64,000 nucleotides of DNA from Octopus bimaculoides (taxonomy: Eukaryota): contig NC_068991.1 of assembly GCF_001194135.2 (NCBI RefSeq), forward strand, positions 78,020,504-78,084,503, in the 5' to 3' direction. Each line of letters starts with the position of its first letter. Within the stretch, counting starts at the first letter, position 1. A model generated the notes under the pieces. That model was not told the DNA's origin and searched no databases. It was given only the letters and a program-made list of their open reading frames with translations. The translations under genes and the position numbers were made by a program. This document shows positions 50,023 through 61,869 of this stretch, in pieces.

Positions 50023-50260
50023 TTATCTCCCCTTTTTCTTAGCTCTCTTGTGTGATCCTTCTGTCCGGCATTCGCCATGATAGATCGCTGACCACTACAT
50101 TTATATTTTTTTTCTCTCCTTGTTTCTTTCTGTGTTCCTTTCAGTTGAAGAGCATAGGCTCGAAACGTCAAAGACTTTCTCTATTCCCGAGCGTTATACT
50201 AATACATCCATTTGTTGTTTACACCACCTATCTTCGTCTGTTGTTTTTTTCGTAAATCTC
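50023..50260 (+). mobile_element. Penelope-like (PLE) LTR-type fragment carrying a hammerhead motif, ending at (TA)n
   Basis: Contains the minimal hammerhead architecture at 50138-50173; no ORF; PLE assignment is inferred from the ribozyme type. Confidence 0.5.
50138..50173 (+). ncRNA. Minimal type I hammerhead ribozyme variant with mutated core (CAGUUGA instead of CUGAUGA)
   Basis: CUUU-CAGUUGA-A-GAGC(AUAG)GCUC-GAAAC-GUC-AAAG: stem I CUUU/AAAG, 4-bp stem II, palindromic ACGU stem III, GUC site at 50167-50169. Confidence 0.6.
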
Positions 50261-50278
50261 ATATATATATATATATAT

Positions 50279-50345
50279 ATACCGTATTTGGTGGCCTATA
50301 AGACGCACAAGTGCAAAGGACGCACCCACGTCCAGGCAATACTTT
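50279..50345 (+). mobile_element. Possible left end of a pogo/Tigger-like element
   Basis: TACCGTATTTGGTGGCCTATAAGACGCAC after (TA)n resembles TA-CCGTATTT..TATAAGAC termini; no right end found. Confidence 0.35.
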
Positions 50346-50469
50346 TGTAAAATAAATTACCACTAAAATTAATGTTTTTATTCCTCCACTTACCTGTATA
50401 ACTTTATGTTATTACCGGTAATTACAAGCAATTTATTGCATCCACACTCGATATAAACATACCGTAGGC

Positions 50470-50648
50470 GATTGTAATTGTGTAGTGAGTAGTTTTTTTC
50501 CCAACCACATGGTTCCGGGTTCAGTCCCACTGTGTAGCACCTTGGGAAAGCGTCTTCTACTATAGCCTCGAGCCAACCAAAGCCTTGTGAATGTATTTGG
50601 TAGACGGAAACTGAAAGAAGCCCGTCGTACATATGTATATATATATGT

Positions 50649-50724
<76 letters not shown>

Positions 50725-50840
50725 ATCTGCAATTGTCCCCCTCACAACAAAGCCTGACAACCGATGCTGATGTGTTTACGTCCCCGTAACTTAGCGGTTC
50801 GGCAAAAGAGACCGACAGAATAAGTACTAGGCTTACAAAG
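50470..50840 (+). mobile_element. CORE-type SINE family B copy with a long internal (TG)n
   Basis: CCCAACCACATGGTTCCGGGTTCAGTCCCACTG..GAAAGAAGCCCGTCG-(TA)n(TG)n-..ACGTCCCCGTAACTTAGCGGTTCGGCAAAAGAGACCG. Confidence 0.85.
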
Positions 50841-50935
50841 AAACGTAAAAGAATTTTCTTTCTGATTTTCTCATTTCATGAGCGTTAACCTAATGCACTA
50901 TGCCTTTTCTCCACATCTTCCTCTTTTACCTTTTT

Positions 50936-50984
<49 letters not shown>

Positions 50985-51175
50985 GTCTCTCTCTCTCTCT
51001 CTCTTTTTCTTCTTCTTCTCTCTCTCTCTCTCTTTTCTTCTTCTCTCTCTCTCTCTCTCTCTCTTCTTCTTCTTCTCTCTCTTCTTCTCTCTCTCTTCTT
51101 CTCTCTCTCCCCTCCCCCTCTCTATATATACATACATACATACATAGAAAGATGGTAGAAAGATGGTAGAAAGAT

Positions 51176-51226
<51 letters not shown>

Positions 51227-51348
51227 TTATGTATAGATGGTTAAAATTCTGGCTTTGTACAACTTTGTAACTCCTATTAGTAAATGAAACATGTATAATG
51301 GTGAATAATGATACCATAAAATTTCCCAATCTCCTGCTTTGGTGGATC

Positions 51349-51410
<62 letters not shown>

Positions 51411-52515
51411 GTGATGGATAGATTGATAAAGATTTCTGCATGTATCCACAAAGCATATAATGCAAACATACATGTATTAATGCCTATATACAAGCTTCCA
51501 ATTGTACACTTATACATCCATATATATATATACACACACATATACCTGTGTGTATGTATGTATGCATGGGCGTGTGTGTATGTGTATGTATGAATATATA
51601 CATGAACATGTATATGGATAGCTATATAGATCTAACCGCATATACGTATATCCGTGCGCACATCTATCCGTTACATACACAAACGCAAATAACAGTTTCT
51701 TTAGGTAGCTTCATTAATATTTCGAGCACACCACCCCAAATCAAAGCCAGTATGTTATTAAGTTGGTGAAAGACTTCATCAAACATGACAGACAGAATTA
51801 CTGGACACGTCTACGATGAACGGAATGGACTATTCCCTGTCATTCCCTCATTTTTCAAATATATTTATGTTTTAAACGTATTTTTTTTCTTCCCCCGTCT
51901 TTCTTCTCTTTCTCCCTTCCTCTTTCTTCTCTAAATTATCACAACTTTCTTTTCGTTTTCTTGTTTCTCCTCCATTTTTGTTGTTGTTCTTTTCCTCTAA
52001 TTTTTTCTTAAGTTTGTTCTCGTTGTTTCTTCTTCTTCTTCTTCTTCTTCTTCTCCTCCTCCTCCTCCCCCCTCCCCCTCCTTCTCCTCCCCCCATCTTC
52101 TCCTCTTCCGTCCTCCTTTCTCCCCTTATTCTTCTTGTTTTGCTTGCTGTCCCAATAGATGTGCAATGTCTCAGAATCAGTGGAACTGTCAGAATGGCTT
52201 CAACTGGAATTAACTTGAGATTTTCACACATCTGAAAAGAACAACTTTGCCAAGAGTGACGATGGGGATGCAGGAGCGGGGGGGGTGTCTCCTGTGTGCC
52301 TTGGGAAAGTTCGATACCGTCTATAACAATAATAATATTAATACAAAAACAACAGCAATAGTAATAATAATGATGATGATGATGATGATGACGACGACGA
52401 TTGTTTCAAATCAAGTTTGGTGCTTTTGTATTCCATTCACAAGAATAGTTACAGACTGGTTGTGCTGTTCTGTTAGATCTTTTTTCCTTCTTTATTATCG
52501 TTATTAAGAACACTA

Positions 52516-53104
52516 ATGCCGCTGTCTTCACCGCCGTCATCACCAGTCTTACCATCAGAACCATTGCCACCACTGTCACCACCACCACCACTATCATCAT
52601 CACCACTGCCACCACGACTTCCATCAAAACCACTCTCACAACCTCCAACACCACCACAACTAGCACATGAACCACCACCACCACCGCTATGCCAACTAGA
52701 TAACCAGGAAAACTTCTACCACGACCACCACTACAGCGACGATCACCACCACCANNNNNNNNNNNNNNNNNNNNNNNNNNNNNNNNNNNNNNNNNNNNNN
52801 NNNNNNNNNNNNNNNNNNNNNNNNNNNNNNNNNNNNNNNNNNNNNNNNNNNNNNNNNNNNNNNNNNNNNNNNNNNNNNNNNNNNNNNNNNNNNNNNNNNN
52901 NNNNNNNNNNNNNNNNNNNNNNNNNNNNNAAAGCATTTCTTCGCCCGACTTGCTGACCATTCAGCTGGTTCGCCGCCCCAACACCACCAATGATGACTCG
53001 GAAATTTCTTCGCAGTAGCAGCAGCAGCAGTAGCAGCAGCAGCAGTAGCAGCAGCAGCAGTAGCAGCAGCAGCAGTAGCAGCAGCAGCAAGCAGCAGCAG
53101 CAAG
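52516..53104. repeat. Degenerate (CCA)n tract, N gap, and (GCA)n array with a 15-bp higher-order unit GCAGTAGCAGCAGCA
   Basis: Read directly; about 5 higher-order units at 53012-53088. Confidence 0.85.
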
Positions 53105-53429
53105 CATATTCATGTCCTAAACGAAGATTATTTGCGGCATGTGTGTGTGTGTAGATGTGTGTTTATGTATGTTTGTGTCTGTGATTGTAGATTGTGTGTG
53201 TATGTGTGTATTGATGTATATGTATTGTCTTTTGGTGTGTGTGTGTGGATGTGCGTGTGTGTTTATATGCATGTGTGTAGGTATGTGTGTGAGGTGAGAT
53301 GTATGTGTGTATAGTTGTGTTTGCATATGTCTAGATGCGTGCGTGCGTGTGTGTAGGTGTGAGTGTGGGTGTGTTCATGGAAGTATAAGTGTATGTGAGT
53401 ATCGATAAGTGTAGACATGCGTATGTAAG

Positions 53430-53655
53430 TGTGTGTGTGTGTGTCTTTGTGTTTGTCCCTCCCACAACCGCTTGCCAGCCGGTGTTGGTTTGCTTGCGTC
53501 CTAGTAACCTAGTGGTTCGGCAAATAAGAAAAAGTATCAAACTGTGAAAAAAAAAGGGGAGGGGAAATTACTGGGGTTAATTTGTTCGTCTCTAAACCCT
53601 TTAAGGCCGATGCCTAGCATAGCTGCAGTCCAACGATTGAAACAAGTAAAAGATA
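53430..53655 (+). mobile_element. SINE family B 3' half
   Basis: GTGTTTGTCCCTCCCACAACCGCTTG..CCTAGTGGTTCGGCAAA..GCATAGCTGCAGTCCAACGATTGAAACAAGTAAAAGA. Confidence 0.7.
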
Positions 53656-54279
53656 AATGCATAAATAAATAAATAAACAAATAAATAGAAGCATTGCACA
53701 GATTTAACTCCTGATTAAAATGTTTTAATTTTCTTCTCTTTTTAATTTAGACTCTATTTTGCCCGGCCACCTACTTGGTAGCCAAGTTGCGAGGGAAAGC
53801 ATCTTGTTTCCCCCATCATCTTTTTAAATCTTAAGGAGGTCTTGCAGATGCTTGTAGTTCCACATATCGTCGCCATTTTCAGGTTCAGAAGCATTGTACT
53901 GGGCGACCTTTTTCGAGAAGCGAGCTGTATAAGACATGGCTCGTCATTTGGCGGGCCGCACTACTAAAAAAAACATCAACGAAACCTTTCGGTAGACGTG
54001 TCACTGAGGTAATCTTGCGGGCCGCAGTTTATCTTTGACTGTATTCAAGCGTCGGCCAAAACGCGTTTTGGTATCGATTCTTGGGGTCTTTGTAGCATTC
54101 CGAGTTTAAACCCTGCCTCGGTGTCGAAGGGCTGATCGCAGGCCACAGCAGAGCAGCATCCGGTCCACAATTGGTCAGTACGATCAGAGTAGATCTAGAA
54201 CCAGTATGGATAAATCGAAAATGTTATGTTGAGGCTTTCATCTAGAAATGGATGGACGTCAGCAAAATGGAATGGACCG

Positions 54280-54650
54280 GAGAATACACCAACAATACCA
54301 ATAATGCTACCATCAGAACTAATACTACCACCACTACCACCATTACTAACATTAACACCACAGCATTTATACAGTCATATTAGTCACAACCACCCACACC
54401 ACCATCACCACCATTACTATCACAATAACCAACAATAAAAACAATAACAACACCATCACCACCACCACTATACCATCACCACCACCTCTACCGCCACTAC
54501 TGCTTTCAGTCTACTATCACCATCACAACTACCACAAGTCTATCTGTACCACTTCTACTGCTACACAGATCACCACCACCACCACCACTACTCCCACCAC
54601 CACTACTCCCACCACCAATACCACCACCACCACTACTACAATAGTCAATA
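54280..54650. repeat. Degenerate (ACC/ACT/CAT)n trinucleotide low-complexity tract
   Basis: Read directly from the sequence. Confidence 0.85.
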
Positions 54651-54987
54651 TAAGAAAAAGTCTGTAGTAATCGATACAACGATTTATCTGTATTATTGAA
54701 GTGTCATGCTGGCGGTAGTTGTGTGAGTATATGAGACTGTGCGTCGTTGTGTTCTGTGTGTGATTGTGTGATTGTGTGTGTGTGTGTGTGTGTGTGTGTA
54801 TGCGTGAATCCATGTATGTGTGCTTGTGTATGCATGTACGTGTATGTGTTTGTATGGATGTATGCATTTATGTTTGCGTGTTAATGTACATAGGTATATT
54901 AGTGAGTATATAAGCCTGTTTGTATTATGTACGTAGATAAGTACATACATACATACATACACACACACATATATATATATATGTATG

Positions 54988-55020
<33 letters not shown>

Positions 55021-56348
55021 GACCGCAGCCACTTGGCTGAAACACATAAATATATATATATATATATATATANNNNNNNNNNNNNNNNNNNNNNNNNNNN
55101 NNNNNNNTATACGTATGTACTAACGTGCGTGTATATGTGCATGTTTGTATAGAAGTCAGTATGTATGTATGAACGTACGCACGTCTTTTGGTTTTGATTT
55201 TTGTTTGCTTGCTGTTGTTTTCTCTTTTGTTTTTGTTTTGTTTGTTTGTTTGTTTGTTTGTTTGATTTTATTTTTGTTTTCTTTTGTAGAATGCACGGTT
55301 GTCATGAACAAAGTGGAAGGGCTCTTTTGTTTATACAAAAGAGCCTTAAGATAGTTCTTGGTGTTTTGGGTTCTGATTTGGCATTCATGCATACCACTGA
55401 TATCAATGACTTCTTCAGGCTTAGCTTTACTCGGCGATGCAAAAACCAGTTCTTCTGCCATTTCCAATTTTCATGCCCCAGTCACATGATGTCGTTGTTC
55501 GTAGAGTTTTCTTTCTATGAAACTATATATATCAATATTTTTATTCGATTCAGTTTGAATGTCTCTGAAAGAAGATTTGTGGTTGTAAAACCTTGTTTTA
55601 AATAACCACGCCTTTTAACTTTGTGCCATTGGTGTATATCGATGGTGGGACATATAACTTGCTTGGTGCTGGTTGTAGTATTACTACGGTCTTCTTGAGA
55701 CTGATTCTAAGTCCAAGCTCATCACATGCTGCTGAAAAGCAGTCCATCAAGAGATGAAGATCTGTCTCAGTGTGGGCTACGAGACCACAAGCGCAAATGA
55801 GATCACGAATAAGAGCAAAGAAAGTTTTTTGTTACTACAGCAAAACGACGGATGTTGTAAAGCTTTCCTGTTGTACAGTGAGGGATGTATCAATAGATTC
55901 CAGCATCACTATGCACAAAGGTTTGCAAGATAACAATAGCAAAGAAGACTACGAACGAAGTAGGAGCCAAGAGATCACCTTGTTTAGCACCAGATTCAAT
56001 TGAGATAGGTTCTAGTATTTGATCATTGACACAAACTCATGCTTTCATGTTATCATGAAGAGATCGATTGAGCATTGTGAACTGTTCGGACATACATACA
56101 TACATACATACATACATACATACATACTTTTATATAAGATTTGTTACTTCGAAAGTTCCAACCTACAAATGATTATCATGTTCGCTTCACGATACTACGA
56201 TTGAAACGATCGTAGTAACAAATCCTAATTATAGGAATCTGAAACTCTATATTTGCATTACATATTGAGTTCTAATTTTAAAAGACGTCCTCTTCGAGTC
56301 ATCCAAAATTCAACGACCAAAATAATATAGCATATATATGAAGGTGGA

Positions 56349-56384
<36 letters not shown>

Positions 56385-56427
56385 GCATATATATACAAAC
56401 ATATATTTGTGTATACACTCATAAATA

Positions 56428-56472
<45 letters not shown>

Positions 56473-57901
56473 AGGGAGAGAGAGAAAGAAAAATAGGGGG
56501 GTGAGAAAGAGAGAGAAAGGAAAGACATGAAGAAACAGAGACAAAAAGAGGCGGAAGAGAGTAAGAGAATGAATCATAATTCCTAGATTATTAGCTTAAA
56601 TATGCTTATTTTTACAGCAGATCCCACTTTTCCTACTTTCTCATTCCTGCCATTCATGTTCTTCTCTTTTCTTTTCTTCATGTCATCGCCACCGTCGTCG
56701 TCGTCGTTGTTGTTGTTGTTGTTGTTGTCGGGCAATTTAAGACGGCAAACGGAAATTATACATTTCAAGTCCTACTGGATATCTTTTCGCTGCCTTAAGA
56801 CATCGAACAAACACTGCTTATTGATTTCTTCAAATAACAAGCTAATAAAACTCAAAGATAGCAAGAAATGACGTACTTTTACCACAACCACAACCACCAC
56901 CACCACCACCTCTCATCTACCACCCATACTTAATATCTTTCCTACTTCAGCTCTGTCACACTTCTGTCTCCTTTTCAGCACCCTTCTTTCCTTCTTTCCT
57001 TCTTTCCTTCCCTCCTTCCTTCCTTTCTTCCATCTTTTCTTTCTTTTTTGCCATTTTTTGAAAAACTATTTTTCTTCTCCCCCCCCCCACCGTTTTATTT
57101 TGTTAATCCTTCCNNNNNNNNNNNNNNNNNNNNNNNNNNNNNNNNNNNNNNNNNNNNNNNNNNNNNNNNNNNNNNNNNNNNNNNNNNNNNNNNNNNNNNN
57201 NNNNNNNNNNNNNNNNNNNNNNNNNNNNNNNNNNNNNNNNNNNNNNNNNNNNNNNNNNNNNNNNNNNNNNNNNNNNNNNNNNNNNNNNNNNNNNNNNNNN
57301 NNNNNNNNNNNNNNNNNNNNNNNNNNNNNNNNNNNNNNNNNNNNNNNNNNNNNNNNNNNNNNNNNNNNNNNNNNNNNNNNNNNNNNNNNNNNNNNNNNNN
57401 NNNNNNNNNNNNNNNNNNNNNNNNNNNNNNNNNNNNNNNNNNNNNNNNNNNNNNNNNNNNNNNNNNNNNNNNNNNNNNNNNNNNNNNNNNNNNNNNNNNN
57501 NNNNNNNNNNNNNNNNNNNNNNNNNNNNNNNNNNNNNNNNNNNNNNNNNNNNNNNNNNNNNNNNNNNNNNNNNNNNNNNNNNNNNNNNNNNNNNNNNNNN
57601 NNNNNNNNNNNNNNNNNNNNNNNNNNNNNNNNNNNNNNNNNNNNNNNNNNNNNNNNNNNNNNNNNNNNNNNNNNNNNNNNNNNNNNNNNNNNNNNNNNNN
57701 NNNNNNNNNNNNNNNNNNNNNNNNNNNNNNNNNNNNNNNNNNNNNNNNNNNNNNNNNNNNNNNNNNNNNNNNNNNNNNNNNNNNNNNNNNNNNNNNNNNN
57801 NNNNNNNNNNNNNNNNNNNNNNNNNNNNNNNNNNNNNNNNNNNNNNNNNNNNNNNNNNNNNNNNNNNNNNNNNNNNNNNNNNNNNNNNNNNNNNNNNNNN
57901 N

Positions 57902-57966
<65 letters not shown>

Positions 57967-58589
57967 ACTGCGTGTGTATATGTGTATATATGTATATTAT
58001 ATATATACGTGTGTGTGTGTGTGTGTGTGCGTATGCATGTATAGATATAGATAGATGCATTTATATGTGTATGCATATGTAGATATCTGTATATACACAT
58101 ATAAATGCATATATATATGTATATGTATATATATAAATGTGTGTGTGTGTGTGTGTGTGTGTGTTTGTGTGTGTGTGCGTGTACGTATATGTATGTGGCT
58201 TAATAGGAAGTCTGCTAGCAAGCTGGCTGCATGGACATATTGACAGACAGATATAAATGGAGAGGTATTCGGAAATAAAAACGTCATCGTGGATATCTCT
58301 AGGAATGAAAGATATTGGAGAAAGATTAAATATTCGAGAAAGGTGGAGAACAATACGGCGGAGCATGTGCGATGTCTGTCCGGTCGTTTATCTTCACGAC
58401 GATATCGCCATGAAAGATGAGATATCGTTTAATTACAGGATTTAAAGCATTTCCAAGAAATAGTTGGATGTTCCCCCGATCGAGTGGTGTGACCAACGAT
58501 TCCATACAAGTGAAAAGGTTATTCGCCAAACTGTTTTTATTTCTGAAGAGTATAAAGTGTCCTACACTTTGTCTTCACTTGGTTGAAGC

Positions 58590-58973
58590 TGCGTGCGCCA
58601 ATGTGTGTGTGTGTGTGTGTTGTGTGTGTGTGTGTGTGTGTGTGNNNNNNNNNNTGTGTGTGTGTGTGTGTGTTGTGTGTGTGTGTGTGTGTGTGTGTGT
58701 TGGTGCAAGCCAGTGCGTGTGTGTGTGCGTGTGTGTGTATGCCAGTGTGTGTGTATGTGCGTGTGTGTTGTGTGTGTGTGTGTGTGTGTGTTGTGTGTGT
58801 GTGTGTATGTCAGTGTGTGTATGAACAGTAGTAGTAGATGTAGTAGTGGTAGTAGTAGTAGTAGTAGTGGTATTACTATAGTTGGGGCTCATATGTGTTT
58901 GTGTTTGTATATATATATATATATGTGTTTGTGGGGGGGGGAGTATGAATATATGTATGTATGTGTGTGTACA

Positions 58974-59010
<37 letters not shown>

Positions 59011-59070
59011 GTATGTATATATGTATATATGTATGTTTGTATATATGTATGTGAGTATGTTTGTATACAT

Positions 59071-59108
<38 letters not shown>

Positions 59109-59580
59109 GTATGTATGTATGCATGTATATATATATATATATGTGTGTATGTATGTATGTATGTATGTATGTATATATATATATATGCATATGTATATAT
59201 GTGCATATATATATATACATATATATATGTACACACATACATACATACATACATACATACACACATATATACGTGCATATGTAAGTATTACGCATATGTG
59301 CTTGCATGTATATAAATATGTTTGCATGTTTATTTCCGTATATCTGTTTATAAATGCATGTGTATGTATGCATGTATTTGAATTTGTATGCACTTATATC
59401 GACGTACATATGTACATACGTAGATGTATATGCATTTATGTATTATATATATATATATATATTTATTTATTTATATGAATATAGTATGTATATATGTATG
59501 CATATGTATGTGACTGTGTAGGTATGCATGTATGCGCGTGTAAATGTATGCCCTTACGTATGTATATATGAGTTTATTTG
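58590..59580. repeat. Large compound microsatellite field of (TG)n, (TA)n, (TATG)n, (AGT)n and (TC)n
   Basis: Read directly; similar fields occur at 20580-21000, 31090-31290, 41350-41560, 42040-42190, 50940-51680, 53130-53450 and 59900-60210. Confidence 0.95.
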
Positions 59581-59921
59581 CATACGGACGTGTAGTGTTT
59601 GTACATCTGTATGCGAAGTGCTTCGTTGTCCTCGTATACTGGTAGCACTTATAGATATCGACAAATCATTTATATCGTGTAAGTGTGTGTGTGTGTGCAT
59701 GTGTGTTATCATTCGATGCCAGCAAACCATAACGTCTGCGACAACAGCAACAACAAGAAGAGCGGCAGCAGCAGCGGTTTGAACTCAAAACATATGAATA
59801 TGCTGTCAGGCTTGAGTTAAAAGTTGTAACGTTTGACTTTATGCTACTGAATAACCAGAATACCAGTTCTATCGTCAACTGAAATCAAATCTACAAGACT
59901 CACATCAATGGTTCAATACAT

Positions 59922-59986
<65 letters not shown>

Positions 59987-60399
59987 NNNNNNNNNNCATA
60001 TATATATATATATACGTATGCATGTATGCATGTATGTATGTATGTATGTGTGTATGTATGTATGTATATCATATATATATATATACATGCATACTCATAC
60101 ACACATACATACATAAATACATACACAAATATACATGCGTGTGTGTGTGTGTGTGTGTGTGTAGGTGTGTGTTTGTGTAGGTGTGTATGTGTATGTGTGT
60201 GTATGTGTAACTTTATTCACTCTTACCTGTCAAGTTTCCAAGCACTCTTTATCAATACATTGAAATTTGGTAAGATACAGTGCACCAGCATTAACAACGA
60301 TGTCTTCGAAATAATCCTGCACGCCAGAAAATCCTAACTTTAAAACTATTTCCCCCACACGTACACACTGTCCACATAGGTGATGGCCATTTATGGTCT

Positions 60400-61065
60400 G
60401 TTTGGTGTCTGTATAAGTAGTTACGATGTGACTCCGTAATATGAGCTGGTCGCTTTATATATTCGTGATAAACTTGAATCATAATTTGAAATCCTAGGGG
60501 ATAGGTTTCTCTTTCTCGTCACAAGAACGGTAAAAAATACGATTAAATTAGGAATGATCAAATAAAGATCTTTTATGAGATTGGAGTCAACGGTAATAAT
60601 GACCACTCATATAAACATAGTCACTTCTTAGATGTTATATTAGACCCAGTGACAGGTTGATAGCAACGCCATAGAAAGCCAAAAGAAATGTTTGTGTCTG
60701 CTGGTAAGAACAGAACATCATCACAGTAGATACTCTTTTACTCTTTTACTTGTTTCAGTCATTTGACTGTGGCCATGCTGGAGTACTGCCTTTAGTCAAG
60801 CAAATCAGGCCATCATCCTTCTCTACTCTACTTTTGCCCGACCCCATCTTGAATACTGTTGCCCATTGTGGTTTCCCCATACAAAGCAAAGCATTATGAA
60901 AGTGGAAGAACTCCAGAGGTCAATAACAAGAAAGATAAACCGCATGGCAGGCATTGACTATTGGGGTCGACTAAAAAAATTCAATCTCTACTCTCTCCAA
61001 CGCCGCCGGGAGCGCTACATCATTTGTGTCATGTGGAAAATATTCCATCAATATTGCACAAATGA
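60400..61065 (+). mobile_element. Decayed CR1-clade LINE (APE remnant plus RT C-terminus) interrupted by a SINE B tail at about 60737-60806
   Basis: RCD..VALYIRDKL at about 60423-60480; AIILLYSTFARPHLEYCCPLWFPH..VEELQRSITRKI..RLKKFNLYSLQRRRERY at 60808-61070. Confidence 0.8.
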
Positions 61066-61221
61066 TACATTATTTACATTATTTACATTATCTATATATG
61101 ATAGATATTTGTCATCTTGTTTGTTGTTAACACAACGTTTCGGCTGATACACCCTCCAGCCTTCATCAGGTGTCTTGGGGAAATTTCGAACCTGGGTTCT
61201 CATTCCTAAGGTATTTTTCGA

Positions 61222-61223
<2 letters not shown>
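61066..61223 (-). mobile_element. Short non-coding retroelement unit (PLE-LTR or retrozyme-like) containing a hammerhead ribozyme; 3' tandem (TAATGTAAA)n, 5' side in (AAT)n
   Basis: Minus strand AACATCGAAAAATACCTTAGG..CCCCAAGACACCTGATGAAGGCTGG..CAGCCGAAACGTTGTGTT..ATAATGTAAATAATGTAAATAATGT. Confidence 0.7.
61129..61174 (-). ncRNA. Minimal type I hammerhead ribozyme of the PLE-associated, reduced-stem-III type
   Basis: GACAC-CUGAUGA-A-GGCUGG(AGGGUGUA)UCAGCC-GAAAC-GUU-GUGUU: intact core, stem I GACAC/GUGUU, stem II of 5-6 bp, loopless palindromic ACGU stem III, predicted cut between 61134 and 61133. Confidence 0.8.

Positions 61224-61303
<80 letters not shown>
61224..61303. repeat. (ATT)n microsatellite, about 26 units
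   Basis: Read directly from the sequence. Confidence 0.95.
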
Positions 61304-61680
61304 GAGTGAGAGAGCAGTGCATGCCATCAAAGTGACGCTGAGGAAAAAATATATATAGCCCATTATACCCATCATGACTACCCGTCTGATAAGGGTACAC
61401 CAGGCACATGCATCACAACCATATGTGCGCGACATGGTGATCTTATTTCAAGATAAACAGCGCATCACCTTGCAGGTGTGGCCCAGTTAGAATTTTCTTT
61501 AGGCCGAGTAGCCCATCCCTCTCAGAAGGTCCCTGAATAAGGGTTGTTTAAGGATGTTAAGCAAAACACCCATGTTTCCAAAGTGAATTATTCAAACACC
61601 AAAGATCTCCTCTCAACACATGGCTATGATGCTCCCCCACTACTTCTGCTCATGATCAGAGATGCACATATCGTCAGCCA
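61304..61680 (-). mobile_element. Non-coding element of about 380 bp ending in (AAT)n, probably a LINE 3' UTR or SINE
   Basis: Higher-GC, complex sequence bounded by (AAT)n at its 3' end and TAT-rich repeats at its 5' end; no ORF. Confidence 0.45.
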
Positions 61681-61743
61681 GTAGTATTACATTATATTAT
61701 TACATTATATTATATATTATATTATATCACACACATATATATA

Positions 61744-61791
<48 letters not shown>

Positions 61792-61834
61792 TACATTATT
61801 TTACATATCATATATATATATATATATATATTAC

Positions 61835-61869
<35 letters not shown>

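Noticed and set aside
52150-52240. Possible exon after a long CT-rich tract
   Set aside because: All three plus frames stop within 30 codons, no donor is present, and the tract is a simple repeat.
52516-53103. Proline-rich and poly-Ala/Leu/Gln-type ORFs
   Set aside because: They are degenerate CCA and GCA trinucleotide arrays broken by a gap, with no splice or domain support.
55156-55605. Overlapping 103-aa (minus) and 134-aa (plus) ORFs next to a strong-looking acceptor
   Set aside because: The pyrimidine tract is a (GTTT)n microsatellite and neither product is recognisable; a faint RLE-like resemblance is too weak to call.
58575-59478. Many 100-270 aa ORFs rich in YI, CV, HT, LS, ER or poly-N/poly-L
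   Set aside because: They are translations of (TA)n, (TG)n, (TC)n, (TACA)n and (ATT)n arrays with no protein-like complexity.
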